Shown: positions 55,501 through 63,620 of the stretch, piece by piece
How the letters are laid out: the number at the start of each line of letters is the position of its first letter
Numbering within the stretch: position 1 is the stretch's first letter
NCBI GenBank assembly: GCA_024704765.1
Contig: JAKMXF010000315.1
Location: forward strand, 280,396 to 344,395
DNA length: 64,000 nt
From: Oopsacas minuta
Taxonomy: Eukaryota; Animalia; Porifera
Reading direction: 5' to 3'
Translations under genes and position numbers: made by a program
The notes under the pieces: model-generated
Seen by the model: the letters and a program-made list of their open reading frames with translations, nothing else
Told to the model about the DNA's origin: nothing
Database searches by the model: none

Positions 55501-58500
55501 AGACGTTTCATTCTATTATTGTAATTTACAATATTAGAAAATTATAATATCAATTTTGATGATTGTTCCTAATACCCACGATCATCCAATATGCTTCAAA
55601 ATTTCCAAAACCAAATCTGAATATTCTGTTGTACCTGTTAATTATTATGATAAGTAAATCGTAAGATTTTTCCCTTTCTGAATATTTTGATGCTGAATAC
55701 CTCTTAGATTGCCCAAACGATCACTAGCTTTCGCTGGTTTTGGGGATCTCGCTAGAAATATTCTTCAAATTGACCGGGAGAAGGTCATCAAAATATGGTG
55801 GGATACACAAGATCCCCACTTAAATGCAAGAGTTGCACGCGCATCTTATGTATAGCCGCCTTTGAAATTGGGGTCAATATAAGTATACCGCTTCAGCATT
55901 TGTAACATTATCAGATGGTTGCTCGGTGTTAATGTACTCATTGATGCAGTTACCCACATTTTGATATTGATAGTCACTGTGAACAGTATAATCCGAAGTA
56001 GTCGCTACACCTCGTCTTTTGATAACTCGAACTGGTGATAGTAGGCGAATATTTGAGACAGTATATACCTTTCGCCATTCAACGCGATTGGTTGTATGCA
56101 CCAGCTGGCCTGAAACGAGGTTTATGTCTCTGGTCACCAAGCTTAAAAGGGCTAGCAAGATGAACACTAGATAGTCCTCTCTTGGATAATATTCCAACAT
56201 CTGTAAGTGGAGGAATTCAATGGCCAAGCTCCGATGCTCCATAAGCCAGGAATGTTCAGTCTGAAAAATACCGCCACGTCCTGACGCATCATTGTCCATA
56301 GAATGGGGGAGTCATTTTGATCAATGAAAAACCAAAATCCTTAAATTTTCTAAAATGTCTCTTCTCAGGAGCGGAGGAGATGAAGAGCATTTCGAACACG
56401 GCTGCCTCTAGTATTTCTAGTACATGATTCGAAATCAAGCAAAGCAACCTTCTATTGTAATCCTCATGGCGGCAGTATAGCCATTCTATAAATTCCCGTG
56501 CTCAGTGATATATTTGTTGGATAAACATTTCCCTTAGGATATAAGCTCGACAATAGTTATTATTATACCCTGAATTTTGGCTATTGAGCTTTAAACTAAA
56601 GAATATTTGTTTTATGTGTCAGATTTTGAGAATGAGTTAGCATTTGAAAATTATGACATCATATTTCTTATTTCCAATAATATTCAATTCTGGTCTGATC
56701 AATACCCAAATTCTAGATTCTCTAAGCAGTCAATCGCATTGCTATCTCAAAAAGGGAACATTAAAATGTCACTACTCAAATGAATTTCTTGAATCCACAA
56801 ATTGGCGAACTCATGTCCACTGGCTTCGAGTATGAAAGTAGTTATGTAACTATTGAAATTATGGTCTCAATGTTAGATGGTAAAATGCGTTCTTTCTGAT
56901 CATCTCCATTTTATAACAGCGCTCTCCCTATACCTCAAAAAGACGTTAAAATCTTAAGTTTTTGTTTAGAAATAGTTTTTTTTCTTCTTCGTGTAACTAA
57001 TTCCCCTAAGAACTTCTATGTTAGTGACTCCAAGGCATTATATGAAGAAACATATTCCTTTCTGTTAAAGCATTACCCGTAGGTTTTGTAAGAAATGTGG
57101 AGAGTTGGGACATCAACAGATTGATTATATTGTCAAACACTTGTTATAAGTCACTGATAATGTTTATCCAAATGTAGTAACATTATGATAAGTTAGATTG
57201 TACTTTGTGTATCATGTGAATACTGTTGAGTTAAACATTATCTCAACATTTTAGCTTGATATACCATAGTAACCAAAAGTATAGAATGGACTGTTGGTAT
57301 TATTTTGATTTCGCTAAACTTCGCTGAACAATGTTTGATAGACTGATTTTATTCGATACTGTGTCATGAGTGTAATATCCTTTATAGTGCGAGAAATTGC
57401 AAGAGACTTATGTTCACAACAAAATTTGTTCGCAGTTTTTACTTTATATGACCCATAATTATGCTGTATGATCACAAAGTTTAAGTATAGAAAACTAAAT
57501 ATAATTCACATAAATTGGGTTTGAGTTGTAAAAATAACATTAGAACTACACCCAGCATATGTTTGATAATTTTTGAAGGTTGAAATTATATTTATAGTTA
57601 TTTAAGTTGGGTGAACAAAATATGATTTCAAAAGTCCCGAAATTAACATAATTTGGTTGGACTTTGAGCTAGTACAACACTTATGTATTTTGATTCTGAT
57701 ACAAAGCTATTATAGATTTGGATACACCTACATATTTCTAATCATCCTCAATATATAAATTGACCTGATTTAAATATAAAAATTCCTCCTACTTGAAGCG
57801 AATAACCCACCGTGCCCGTGTTGCTCGCGATCGTATCGATGCAGAGATCGGCAAGATGGGGAACGACATCCGTCCACCTCTGGAGAAATTGAGTACCTTA
57901 TGTCCCATTTGAGTCGGGAATTTCTAACAACTTTTCTGCATCCTTATCTGAAAGAATTACTGCCATTCTGTCATTTTTTCCACCTTTCCAATCTGGTAGC
58001 ATCTTCCCATCAAGAGAGCTATGAGAAGGACTGTCGGACAGAAAATCTCTTTATACTGGCTCCGATCGGCTGTTTTAATATTTGAGAGCTTTATTCAATG
58101 TGCTAGTAGATCCAGCGACTTAATCGCAGGATTCTCGTCTTTTGATCTTTTCGCCATAATTATCTTCAAAGTTGGTATGGTGTATATATTTTTCCAATTT
58201 CATCTTGTGTAATAACGTCGGATATTTATATACTTTCCACGCAAAAGAAACAATTTGAATCAATTACTTCAATTTCAATTCATAAATTAATACAATACAA
58301 TAAATTCATTCCATTTAGTTCCTTCAGTTCCCAATAGGTATGGATTTACTTCATTCTTGGAAAATGTAGAAATTGTCTGATTTTACTAATATTTCCATTT
58401 CATTATGCTCCTTATAGGTCTGTATGTTATCGGATTGGTATAAACTTCGCAATCTATCTTTCTTAGTTAGCCTCACAAGTTGAGAGTTTATACATTGTAA

Positions 58501-59848
58501 GATTCAAAAATCTTTTTCAGAACACCCTATTTTTGAATTAACTGGTGAAAATTATCAAACATGTGCTATCAATGGTCACTACTAAAACTCTAGGACTTGC
58601 GAACTTCAACATGACAAATTTTGTTGTAGGTACTGCGGTACAATTATTGTAGGTTGCTTGAAGCTAAAAATCAGCCCCAAGTTTTTCCAATCTCTTTGGG
58701 AGTTTCCCTTCTTGGATTCTATTAGTCAGTTGCAGAGTCAACTATATTTATATTGGCGGAGCTAGCGGAATGCAAAAGGTTGCTGGCAAACGTGGGCTAC
58801 TGTTAGGGACTCCAATTGCAACCCATGATTCCTGGGGATGCATGCAATTTGTGAATTTTTAGGGTTCCCGCCACCCCTGTGACAACTTCACAGAGTGGAT
58901 GGTTAGCTAAGTCTCAGTGTATACATTTATTCATAACTTCTTGATCAGAATTATTTCATGTTCTTTTTATAGGTGACAGATCAAATAATCATTGAAGATA
59001 ATTTTACAAATATGCCCACAGAGATTTTGCCAAAGCCACAAGTAAGTATCAGCGAATGTCTTGATTGTTTTCAAACCCCTCATATTATTTCCGATTTTCT
59101 ATCACCGGTTAATCACAAATATGGTAATGCATCCAAGACCTCTACATTTTCAACTTTCCCCGAATACTTATTTATTCATTTCGGTAAATTCTATTTAGGA
59201 GACGATTGGATGCCCAAAAAACTAGATATTGAAATTTTAGGGACAGAAAACGTTTTAGATATCGAATTTCTACGCTCTCCAAATATAATCACCAAAGAGA
59301 CTATAATGCCAAGCGATGTAAGCGATGTTAATTTAGAAATACTTACCAAATTGTTAGAGGTCGGTTGCGATGAAACATTATCCCGGAAAGCCTTGTCAAT
59401 GTTTAAAAATGATTTTGAATCAGCACTTTCGTGGGTCTTAAATCCAGAATCCTCATTCAAAATTGAGGAAGAGCCAGAGAACAGTTTAATTGAATCATTG
59501 GTTGACTTTGGATTTACCCATGCTCAGTCCGTATATGCTCTAAGAAAGACTGGTAATAATGTAGAAAGAGCTGTTGATTATTTGTTTTCACACACTGAAG
59601 AAGTTTCTTCGATGTTATCTTCAGATAATCTACCAAAAATCGATATCGCTGATGGAACAGGACATTATACTTTAGTATCTATAATTTCGCATATCGGTTC
59701 TTCATCTATGAGTGGCCATTATGTTGCTCATATCCTTAAAGAAGGTAAATGGGTTTTATTTAATGACGATAAAGTTACCGAATCAAAGAGTCCTCCATTT
59801 AAACTAGGTTACCTTTATCTTTACAAACGCTATTGTGACAAAAAGTAG
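1057..59848 (+). CDS. USP5: Ubiquitin carboxyl-terminal hydrolase 5/13 family (isopeptidase T), spliced CDS join(1057..1501,17305..17557,32852..33020,42516..43163,58973..59848), 796 aa
   Basis: The five exons join in frame with GT-AG boundaries (intron phases 1,2,0,0) and total 2391 nt. Domain order is N-terminal cryptic ZnF-UBP, ZnF-UBP, Cys box, two UBA domains, His box, which is the USP5/USP13/Ubp14 architecture. Confidence 0.95.
3610..5470 (-). mobile_element. hAT (Buster/Charlie-type) transposon relic, one end visible
   Basis: TIR-like CAGTATTTCCCAACCT at 3610, preceded by CTCTAGAG (Charlie-type target). Minus-strand fragments include [13 protein letters not shown] and [11 protein letters not shown]...KQRNR...DLRLFL (hATC dimerisation region). 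Multiple stops and frameshifts. Confidence 0.8.
6093..6151. repeat. 7-bp minisatellite, TCCA(G/A)T(A/G) x8
   Basis: Direct read: tccagta tccaata tccagta tccaatg tccaatg tccagta tccagtg tccagta tcc. Confidence 0.85.
8523..8623 (-). mobile_element. ~100-bp miniature Helitron-like element (family A related)
   Basis: The minus strand starts TCAATATGATTAAA..TTGTTTGTCTG..GTCCGTTG like family A. It ends with hairpin CGCGA-GTTCG-TCGCG, then CTCG|T. Confidence 0.4.
8640..8864 (-). repeat. Family A Helitron-like repeat, part left of the Chapaev3 insertion
   Basis: Matches 30860-31030 (gaaattcggattcagcgt..ttacccctg..ccaaaagtgt). Confidence 0.6.
8865..11099 (-). mobile_element. Chapaev3-type (CMC superfamily) DNA transposon, full length, transposase pseudogene ~9120..10796
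   Basis: ~130-bp imperfect TIRs begin CACTGTCCAACAAA, with a 3-bp TAA TSD on both sides. The transposase has N-terminal FCYICG, GDLKV, YCCLLC [C(2)C], LHIKLG, HFLHSH [H(3-4)H] and [12 protein letters not shown]. It carries in-frame stops and frameshifts. Confidence 0.8.
11100..11305 (-). repeat. Family A Helitron-like repeat, part right of the Chapaev3 insertion (5' TC end, ACAG/AAAC microsatellite)
   Basis: Homologous to 16410-16633, 25276-25490, 31030-31218 and 45483-45700. The minus strand starts A|TCTATATTATTAAA. Confidence 0.65.
12903..13920 (+). mobile_element. hAT (Buster/ZBED5-like) relic, 5' half
   Basis: TIR-like CAGTGGTTCCCAACCTG at 12903. Fragments [31 protein letters not shown] and [12 protein letters not shown]. 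Confidence 0.75.
14280..15400 (+). pseudogene. hAT transposase relic, DUF659-like type
   Basis: [45 protein letters not shown] and VVTRWNS occur in the expected order, with many lesions. Confidence 0.7.
16024..16087. mobile_element. 64-bp MITE-like remnant
   Basis: Ends CAGTGGT / ACCACTG with a GC-richer interior. No TSD resolved. Confidence 0.35.
16410..16633 (-). repeat. Family A Helitron-like repeat copy
   Basis: ccaaaatgtgaaaatcggattca...tttgacaacggacaaacaaacaaac...tataatataga. Uninterrupted at the site where the 8865 element inserted in the other copy. Confidence 0.65.
17305..17557 (+). CDS. USP5: USP5 exon 2 (ZnF-UBP domain, first part)
   Basis: Acceptor atttctattttcag|. Translates [41 protein letters not shown]. 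Donor AA|GTAATG at 17558. Not in the supplied ORF track. Confidence 0.95.
17969..19929. mobile_element. Non-autonomous hAT element (host of a nested mariner)
   Basis: TIRs CAGGGGTGCTCA / TGAGCACCCTTG (1 mismatch). 8-bp TSD GTATAAGA / GCATAAGA (7/8). Confidence 0.75.
18490..19760 (-). mobile_element. mariner (DD34D) relic nested in the hAT MITE; ends approximate
   Basis: HTH fragment STVKKW..FREGR, WVPHLL, EICTDDE, HDNARP and [12 protein letters not shown] with 34-residue D-D spacing. Frameshifted. Confidence 0.85.
21050..21330 (-). pseudogene. Tc1-like transposase fragment
   Basis: [20 protein letters not shown] resembles the Tc1 motif QQDNDPKHTSK..K.W. Heavily decayed. Confidence 0.45.
22006..22078 (-). 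tRNA. Degenerate tRNA-like sequence (tRNA pseudogene or SINE head), anticodon ambiguous
   Basis: 73 nt with a perfect 7-bp acceptor stem GTCCTGC/GCAGGAC, A-box-like TGGTCTAGTGAG and B-box GGTTCGAATCC. A T4 run lies 4 nt downstream. The D, anticodon and T stems each contain mismatches. Confidence 0.5.
25276..25490 (+). repeat. Family A Helitron-like repeat copy
   Basis: A|TCTATATAG..gtttgtttatttgtccgttgtcaagg..gctgaatccgattttc, the reverse complement of the 11100 and 16410 copies. Confidence 0.65.
25658..26966 (+). mobile_element. mariner relic nested in the last codons of the hAT transposase
   Basis: Imperfect TIRs CGAGGGGCACTCGAAATGTTTTG / CAAAACTTTCGAGTCCCCTTTA. ORF pieces from 25815: [34 protein letters not shown] and [16 protein letters not shown]. 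Confidence 0.85.
27785..28534 (+). mobile_element. MITE family B, copy 1 (750 bp, Tc1/mariner-pogo type, TA TSD)
   Basis: TIRs (G/C)AGTGGAAGCCGCTTAAT..GGGAC with TA on both sides and many TTAATCGG subterminal repeats. Removing it restores the hAT frame [18 protein letters not shown]. Confidence 0.85.
30740..31218 (-). repeat. Family A Helitron-like repeat, long copy
   Basis: Colinear with 8640-8864 plus 11100-11305. Ends ..aaacaaacaaac..attataga|tt. Confidence 0.65.
32852..33020 (+). CDS. USP5: USP5 exon 3 (ZnF-UBP second part and linker)
   Basis: Acceptor atttcgtttag|. Translates [28 protein letters not shown]...[10 protein letters not shown]. Donor CAG|GTGTGT at 33021. Not in the supplied ORF track. 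Confidence 0.95.
33053..33238. mobile_element. 186-bp MITE (Tigger/pogo-like, TA TSD)
   Basis: 24-bp TIRs (T/C)AGTAGAACTCGGATAAGACGTAC / GTACGTCTTATCCGAGTTCTACTG, flanked by TA, with internal GTACGTCTT repeats. Confidence 0.85.
35010..35920 (-). pseudogene. Decayed maT-like (DD37D-type) transposase
   Basis: NPQNDHI, PSGVKI and [24 protein letters not shown] parallel the intact element at 39310-40620. Confidence 0.65.
36097..38044 (+). mobile_element. Mutator-like element (MULE), full length; FLYWCH-MULE-RING transposase pseudogene 36264..37849
   Basis: Perfect 9-bp TSD CCTGTAAAT (36088-36096 and 38045-38053). Imperfect G-terminal TIRs share GCAATTGATCGA. Motifs LRC-x7-C-x18-[31 protein letters not shown], then a C3HC4 RING. 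Confidence 0.88.
38290..38450 (+). pseudogene. THAP-domain relic (P-element/THAP9-like N-terminus)
   Basis: [11 protein letters not shown]...FHFF..SLQERWI..KDW fits the start of the THAP C2CH consensus. Frameshifted, and the distal C/H residues are not seen. Confidence 0.5.
38851..39011. mobile_element. Possible ~160-bp MITE
   Basis: Ends GGCCCGGTGTTACAGCC / GGCTACAACAGCGCGCC form an imperfect inverted repeat, with internal GGGC(T/C)AGCCC palindromes. No TSD resolved. Confidence 0.3.
39310..40620 (-). mobile_element. maT/mori-like DD37D Tc1/mariner element, nearly intact (transposase 40458..39416, one frameshift)
   Basis: Perfect 27-bp TIRs CAGGGTGACAAATAAGTTCTGTCCCAT with TA TSD. Motifs FSDEKLF, VMVWAG and QQDGAPAH-...[12 protein letters not shown] with 37-residue spacing. 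Confidence 0.93.
42516..43163 (+). CDS. USP5: USP5 exon 4 (catalytic Cys box)
   Basis: Acceptor catctatttgtag|. Contains [22 protein letters not shown] and [19 protein letters not shown]. Donor AAG|GTAAAA at 43164. Confidence 0.95.
43247..44579 (-). mobile_element. mariner (DD34D) element, 1333 bp, decayed
   Basis: TIRs sharing CGTTCAATAAGTAGT, flanked by TA. Motifs [28 protein letters not shown] and [12 protein letters not shown] with 34-residue spacing. Confidence 0.88.
45483..45810 (+). repeat. Family A Helitron-like repeat copy
   Basis: A|TCTATATTATTAAATCTC..tttgtctgtttgtccgttgtcaagg..aggggtaactaagtacgctg. Confidence 0.65.
45830..47859 (+). mobile_element. hAT (Buster/ZBED5-SCAND3-like) relic; ends tentative
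   Basis: [61 protein letters not shown] and LPFATTYL...[13 protein letters not shown]. Candidate ends are CAGTGGTC / ACTACTG. Confidence 0.8.
48843..52444 (-). mobile_element. Transib-like (RAG1-related) transposon relic; transposase ~51520..49700; ends tentative
   Basis: Minus-strand motifs in order: [23 protein letters not shown] (frameshift), [33 protein letters not shown]. Candidate termini CACAGTGGTCT (48843) and AAACCGCTGTG (52444). A 5-bp TSD was not confirmed. Confidence 0.55.
55116..55227. repeat. ~57-bp tandem duplication (2 copies)
   Basis: cgaaaaa(g)tatcaaaata(c/t)aacgagaag..caacacattatag..tcc is repeated once. Confidence 0.75.
55500..58200 (-). mobile_element. hATm-like transposase relic split by a ~1.3-kb insert (~56480-57790)
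   Basis: Right piece [27 protein letters not shown]. Left piece [48 protein letters not shown] and HLSGDLV..IF. Confidence 0.6.
58973..59848 (+). CDS. USP5: USP5 exon 5 (UBA1, UBA2, His box, stop)
   Basis: Acceptor ttctttttatag|. Contains DWMPKKLDI, two UBA-like segments and [30 protein letters not shown]. Ends at TAG. Confidence 0.95.
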   Translation: MTDQIIIEDNFTNMPTEILPKPQVSISECLDCFQTPHIISDFLSPVNHKYGNASKTSTFSTFPEYLFIHFGKFYLGDDWMPKKLDIEILGTENVLDIEFLRSPNIITKETIMPSDVSDVNLEILTKLLEVGCDETLSRKALSMFKNDFESALSWVLNPESSFKIEEEPENSLIESLVDFGFTHAQSVYALRKTGNNVERAVDYLFSHTEEVSSMLSSDNLPKIDIADGTGHYTLVSIISHIGSSSMSGHYVAHILKEGKWVLFNDDKVTESKSPPFKLGYLYLYKRYCDKK

Positions 59849-60040
59849 GAATGGTGAATTGATCTCCAGATTTATTATTTCTCCGTGTAGCTAATGCTAG
59901 TCTGGACGAAAAATTCTTCATGAGACAGATAACTACTATTTACATACCTATTCTTACTTACATACTTATTCTGATATTGTCCACAGATGTATTTGTCTTT
60001 TTGTGTTTAGATACATTTACACTATTGTTCTGCTATATTC

Positions 60041-60046
60041 AATAAA
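60041..60046 (+). promoter_or_regulatory. Candidate polyadenylation signal of the USP5 gene
   Basis: AATAAA about 190 nt after the stop codon, followed by T/GT-rich sequence. A second AATAAA lies at 60237-60242. Confidence 0.5.
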
Positions 60047-60413
60047 CTATTTATGTAATTGTTAGTCTATGTGAGTGAATTATTGAACTCTTGTAGATAG
60101 CCCATACATTTCTTTCTTGTGATGTGATATTCCAATTTTGTTCTTCAAAACTTTTATCTACGGAACTAGCGGGGACATGTGGATTTTGGGCCAGAGTTAG
60201 GTCATCATATGTCAATTAGAAGTTATATGACTCTGCAATAAAAAGAAATTTTGTTGGTATTGTTTAAACACAGTTACTGACCAGGAATAATATCGTACTA
60301 TTCAGTACCAGTGGCAGATATACAAAGATCAACAAATTGACAATTTTGAACGGATAAATTGAAAGTGCATTTATCTATCACGTATGGATTTATTTCCTTT
60401 GCAACGCAGAATA

Positions 60414-61151
60414 CAGTGGAAGCCGCTTAATCGGGACAGCTCGGGAGTCAATGTTTTGTCCCGATTAACCGATTAACTGATTAATCGATTATGTTATTTA
60501 AGTATTCAAAACTTGTTTTTCATTGTCACATGAACTAATATATCTTGTTTCTATACTACTAATCCTGATTGATCTAGAGTCTAGTAGAGATTTGATTGTG
60601 TATGGGTATAGTTCCGCTTCAAGAGGTCATAGAATGCGTTACGTTATATACTTAGAAAGTAAGATAATATAGTTTAAATAATAGTGCATGTGCTTATTAC
60701 TGCAACCCATAGAAACGTTTGGATACCCAACAATGTGCTCATTATTGAGGGAATGATACACGGTGGAATAACCAATGGAAACTGAGGCGAGTGAGCAATG
60801 TTAATAATGTTAGTATAGTAAATGGTAATCGCATTGGTGTTGTATTGTTATGGTTGTAGATAATATTTAAATTCCTAGTTTTAGAACAAACCATTTTACA
60901 ATGATTCTGAATAAATATACAATCGTTAAATTTGGATAGAAATCCCAATTGAGCGAATACAATTAATATCCTGTTAATCGGGATAAGAAATCCTAAATAA
61001 CCGATTATAAACTTTCAAATATTCGGGATAAAAATCCCGATTAAATGTCCCAATTATCCCACGATTTTCTATGTAAAAACTGTTCCCAAACCATTGTCCC
61101 GTTTTAACGGATATCCCGATTATCTGAGTCCCCATTAAGCGGCTTCCACTG
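60414..61151 (-). mobile_element. MITE family B, copy 2 (738 bp, inverted relative to copy 1)
   Basis: TIRs CAGTGGAAGCCGCTTAAT, TA TSD on both sides. Reverse complement of 27785-28534. Confidence 0.9.
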
Positions 61152-61842
61152 TATCTCATGAATTTGACAACTTTCCTGAGATAATCTATATTAAGCTTTC
61201 GTCCAGATTGCCATTCTTTAGTGCATTTGTCGCCACGCGACTGTGAAATACTCAGCAGCACATACCACAAATTATTAAAGGAAGAGATTCCATATATATA
61301 TTGCTGATCTATAGTATACAGTTTAGTAAATGTCAAATTGTCTTATATGACCAGATAGTTGAAATCCTGCGAAACCATACTCAACTATTTATTTTGACAA
61401 GTAACACATCAACACAGCTATTCCACTCATGATATTTGCACAACTTACCGATTTCATTCATTCTTCTTTTTTTCAAATTATCCGGGTAGGCCTCGTTTCA
61501 CAACCAAAGGCAGCACTTGGAATAGCATCTATATTAACAGGCTCCATACCCTAATTGAGATTATGCTGCAAAGATGTAAAGCCATAGTTCAAGCATAAAG
61601 AGGTTGTACTAAGTACTAACGACAAATTACTAAATAATACAACATTACGGTGAATATCAGTCATAGAGATAAGAATTTGGGGTAAATGAATTCTGAGCAA
61701 TTCTTTTTGACCGGCATTGTAGTACAGTTTTTGCAATACAAAAACTTCATACCCTAATTTCAAAAGGTGACTTTCATTAATCCGACAAAGTGACCATTCC
61801 TCGAAGATGATAGGAAAGCTAATACATCAAAACTGTACTATA

Positions 61843-63176
61843 CTAGGGCGTTCAATAAGTCTTGCGGGTGAAATCATAGAGTATGATACAAACACTATAC
61901 ACACTAATTCACTATATTATTTATTCAAAGTAATCCCCTCCTGCAGATACACAAAGTTTGAACCTTTCCACCCACTTGTAAAACACATTTCTGTACTCTT
62001 CTTCGGGGATGGATTTGAAGTACTGGTACAGGCCCGTTCCGAGTGCTTGTAATGTGTTAAAATCTTTGCCTTGGAGGTAGATTTTAAGCTTGGAGAATAG
62101 CCAAATATCACACAGGGGTTAGGTCTGGTGAATAAGGTGGATGAGGGAGTAATTCTAACCCTTCTACATCCAAGTTTTTGGCAAGCTTAGCTGTATGGAC
62201 CTGGCTTTATCAATCAAAATCTTCATTCCTCGAGTTCCGTTCCGGTTTTCGGGCGGTACTTTTCTATATTTTTATCAAGTTTCGAAACACATGCTCTGTA
62301 AAGAAAGTAGCAGTAACTGCTTTGTCATTCTCACAAGGTAATTGCAAGACAATTCCATGACTACTGAAGAAGATGGTATACATAATCTTAGGTTTTCTGT
62401 AGTCGGGCCTAGGAATTTTCGTCGGTTGTCGTTATCCCCCACTCATGATCGCTTCTTATACTTGCTATATGATGTTGGATAGTACACCCACGTCTCGTCA
62501 CCAGTAATAATCTCTGTTAGGAGTCTAGAATCGCAGTTCTCATAAGTTTCCAAGAGTTTCTTGGCGATATTCAGTCGTGCCAACCTTTGATTCTCACTGA
62601 GCTTATGCGGGACCCATTTCCCACAAATCGATCGGTAGCCAAGCTCAGTCGTCAGAATTGTACGAATAGCTCCCGATGAAATCTCCATACTTTGTTCTAA
62701 CTGATTGACAGTAATGCACTTGTCTTCCATGACCATATTTTAATGAGTGCGATATTCTCTGAAGTGGTGACGGATACTGGTCTTCCAGATCGAGGCAAAT
62801 CTGTGACATCAGCATCACTAGAGCTAAAACGGACAGCCCATCGCTCTACAGTAGATCTGGAAGGGCAATCCACGCACAATGTCTCCTGTAACTCGCTGAA
62901 GATCTGTACGGGCTGGATCTTGAGTATTGTGCGAAACTCTATGTAAGCTCGCCATTTGAGGTTGAAGTTATCATCCTTTGAAGCCATATATTCAACAGTG
63001 GGTATAAATTGACTACACATAACTATCTCAAAAATTCATAATTTGTATTGAATAAGCTTGAAACTTTCAGTATATGGAGTTTAACTATATGGGCTCATAA
63101 TATATGAAAGTTAGATATATTACTTGACTAATTCCTAAGATACATCAAAACCCGCAAGACTTATTGAACGCCCTGA
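61843..63176 (-). mobile_element. mariner (DD34D-type) element, 1334 bp, decayed
   Basis: TIRs CTAGGGCGTTCAATAAGTCTTGCGGGT / ACCCGCAAGACTTATTGAACGCCCTGA with TA flanks. Motifs STVERW..RSGRP, WVPHKL, DSRLLTEIITGDETW and [12 protein letters not shown]. Confidence 0.9.
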
Positions 63177-63532
63177 TAGTTACTACAGTATACTAGACCT
63201 GTATATAAGTTATTTGATAAAGGAAAATACAATAGACTAAGGCATGCAAATTATATTTGATGATTTATTTTACTGACGAGCTGCTATGTAGCTTTTGGTC
63301 ATTAATTTGGCACCCCTTGCCTATGCCTATAGCATCAAGAAATAGTAAATTCTCAAATTTCGATTTTTACCAATTTTAGAACAATTTTGATGACTTAATA
63401 ATTCTATCAAGAGTTTGCATTGGGGTTTAACATCATATTGAGGGGTACCTGTGATTGAGATTTCAAACTTCCATCGGGGTGGGTTCCAAAGGGAGATGGT
63501 GTTTGGTTCGTTTGGAAAACCACAGCCCGATG

Positions 63533-63620
63533 CAGGGCCGGATTAAGGCGGGGGCTGATGGGGCTGCAGCCCCAGGCCCATCGTAAAAATAGGCCCACTT
63601 TGTTAGTGCCATAGGCCGTG
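63533..63620. mobile_element. GC-rich MITE end (hAT-like CAGGGCCGGATTAA)
   Basis: GC-rich island starting CAGGGCCGGATTAAGGCGGGGG. No partner end was found. Confidence 0.35.

Noticed and set aside
3610-58200. Antisense orientation bias of intronic transposases
   Set aside because: About 10 minus versus 6 plus is too few to differ from chance.
61160-61760. Minus-strand ORF fragments between MITE B and the last mariner
   Set aside because: Probably a decayed TE, but no motif was identified, and the 120-aa ORF runs into the MITE.
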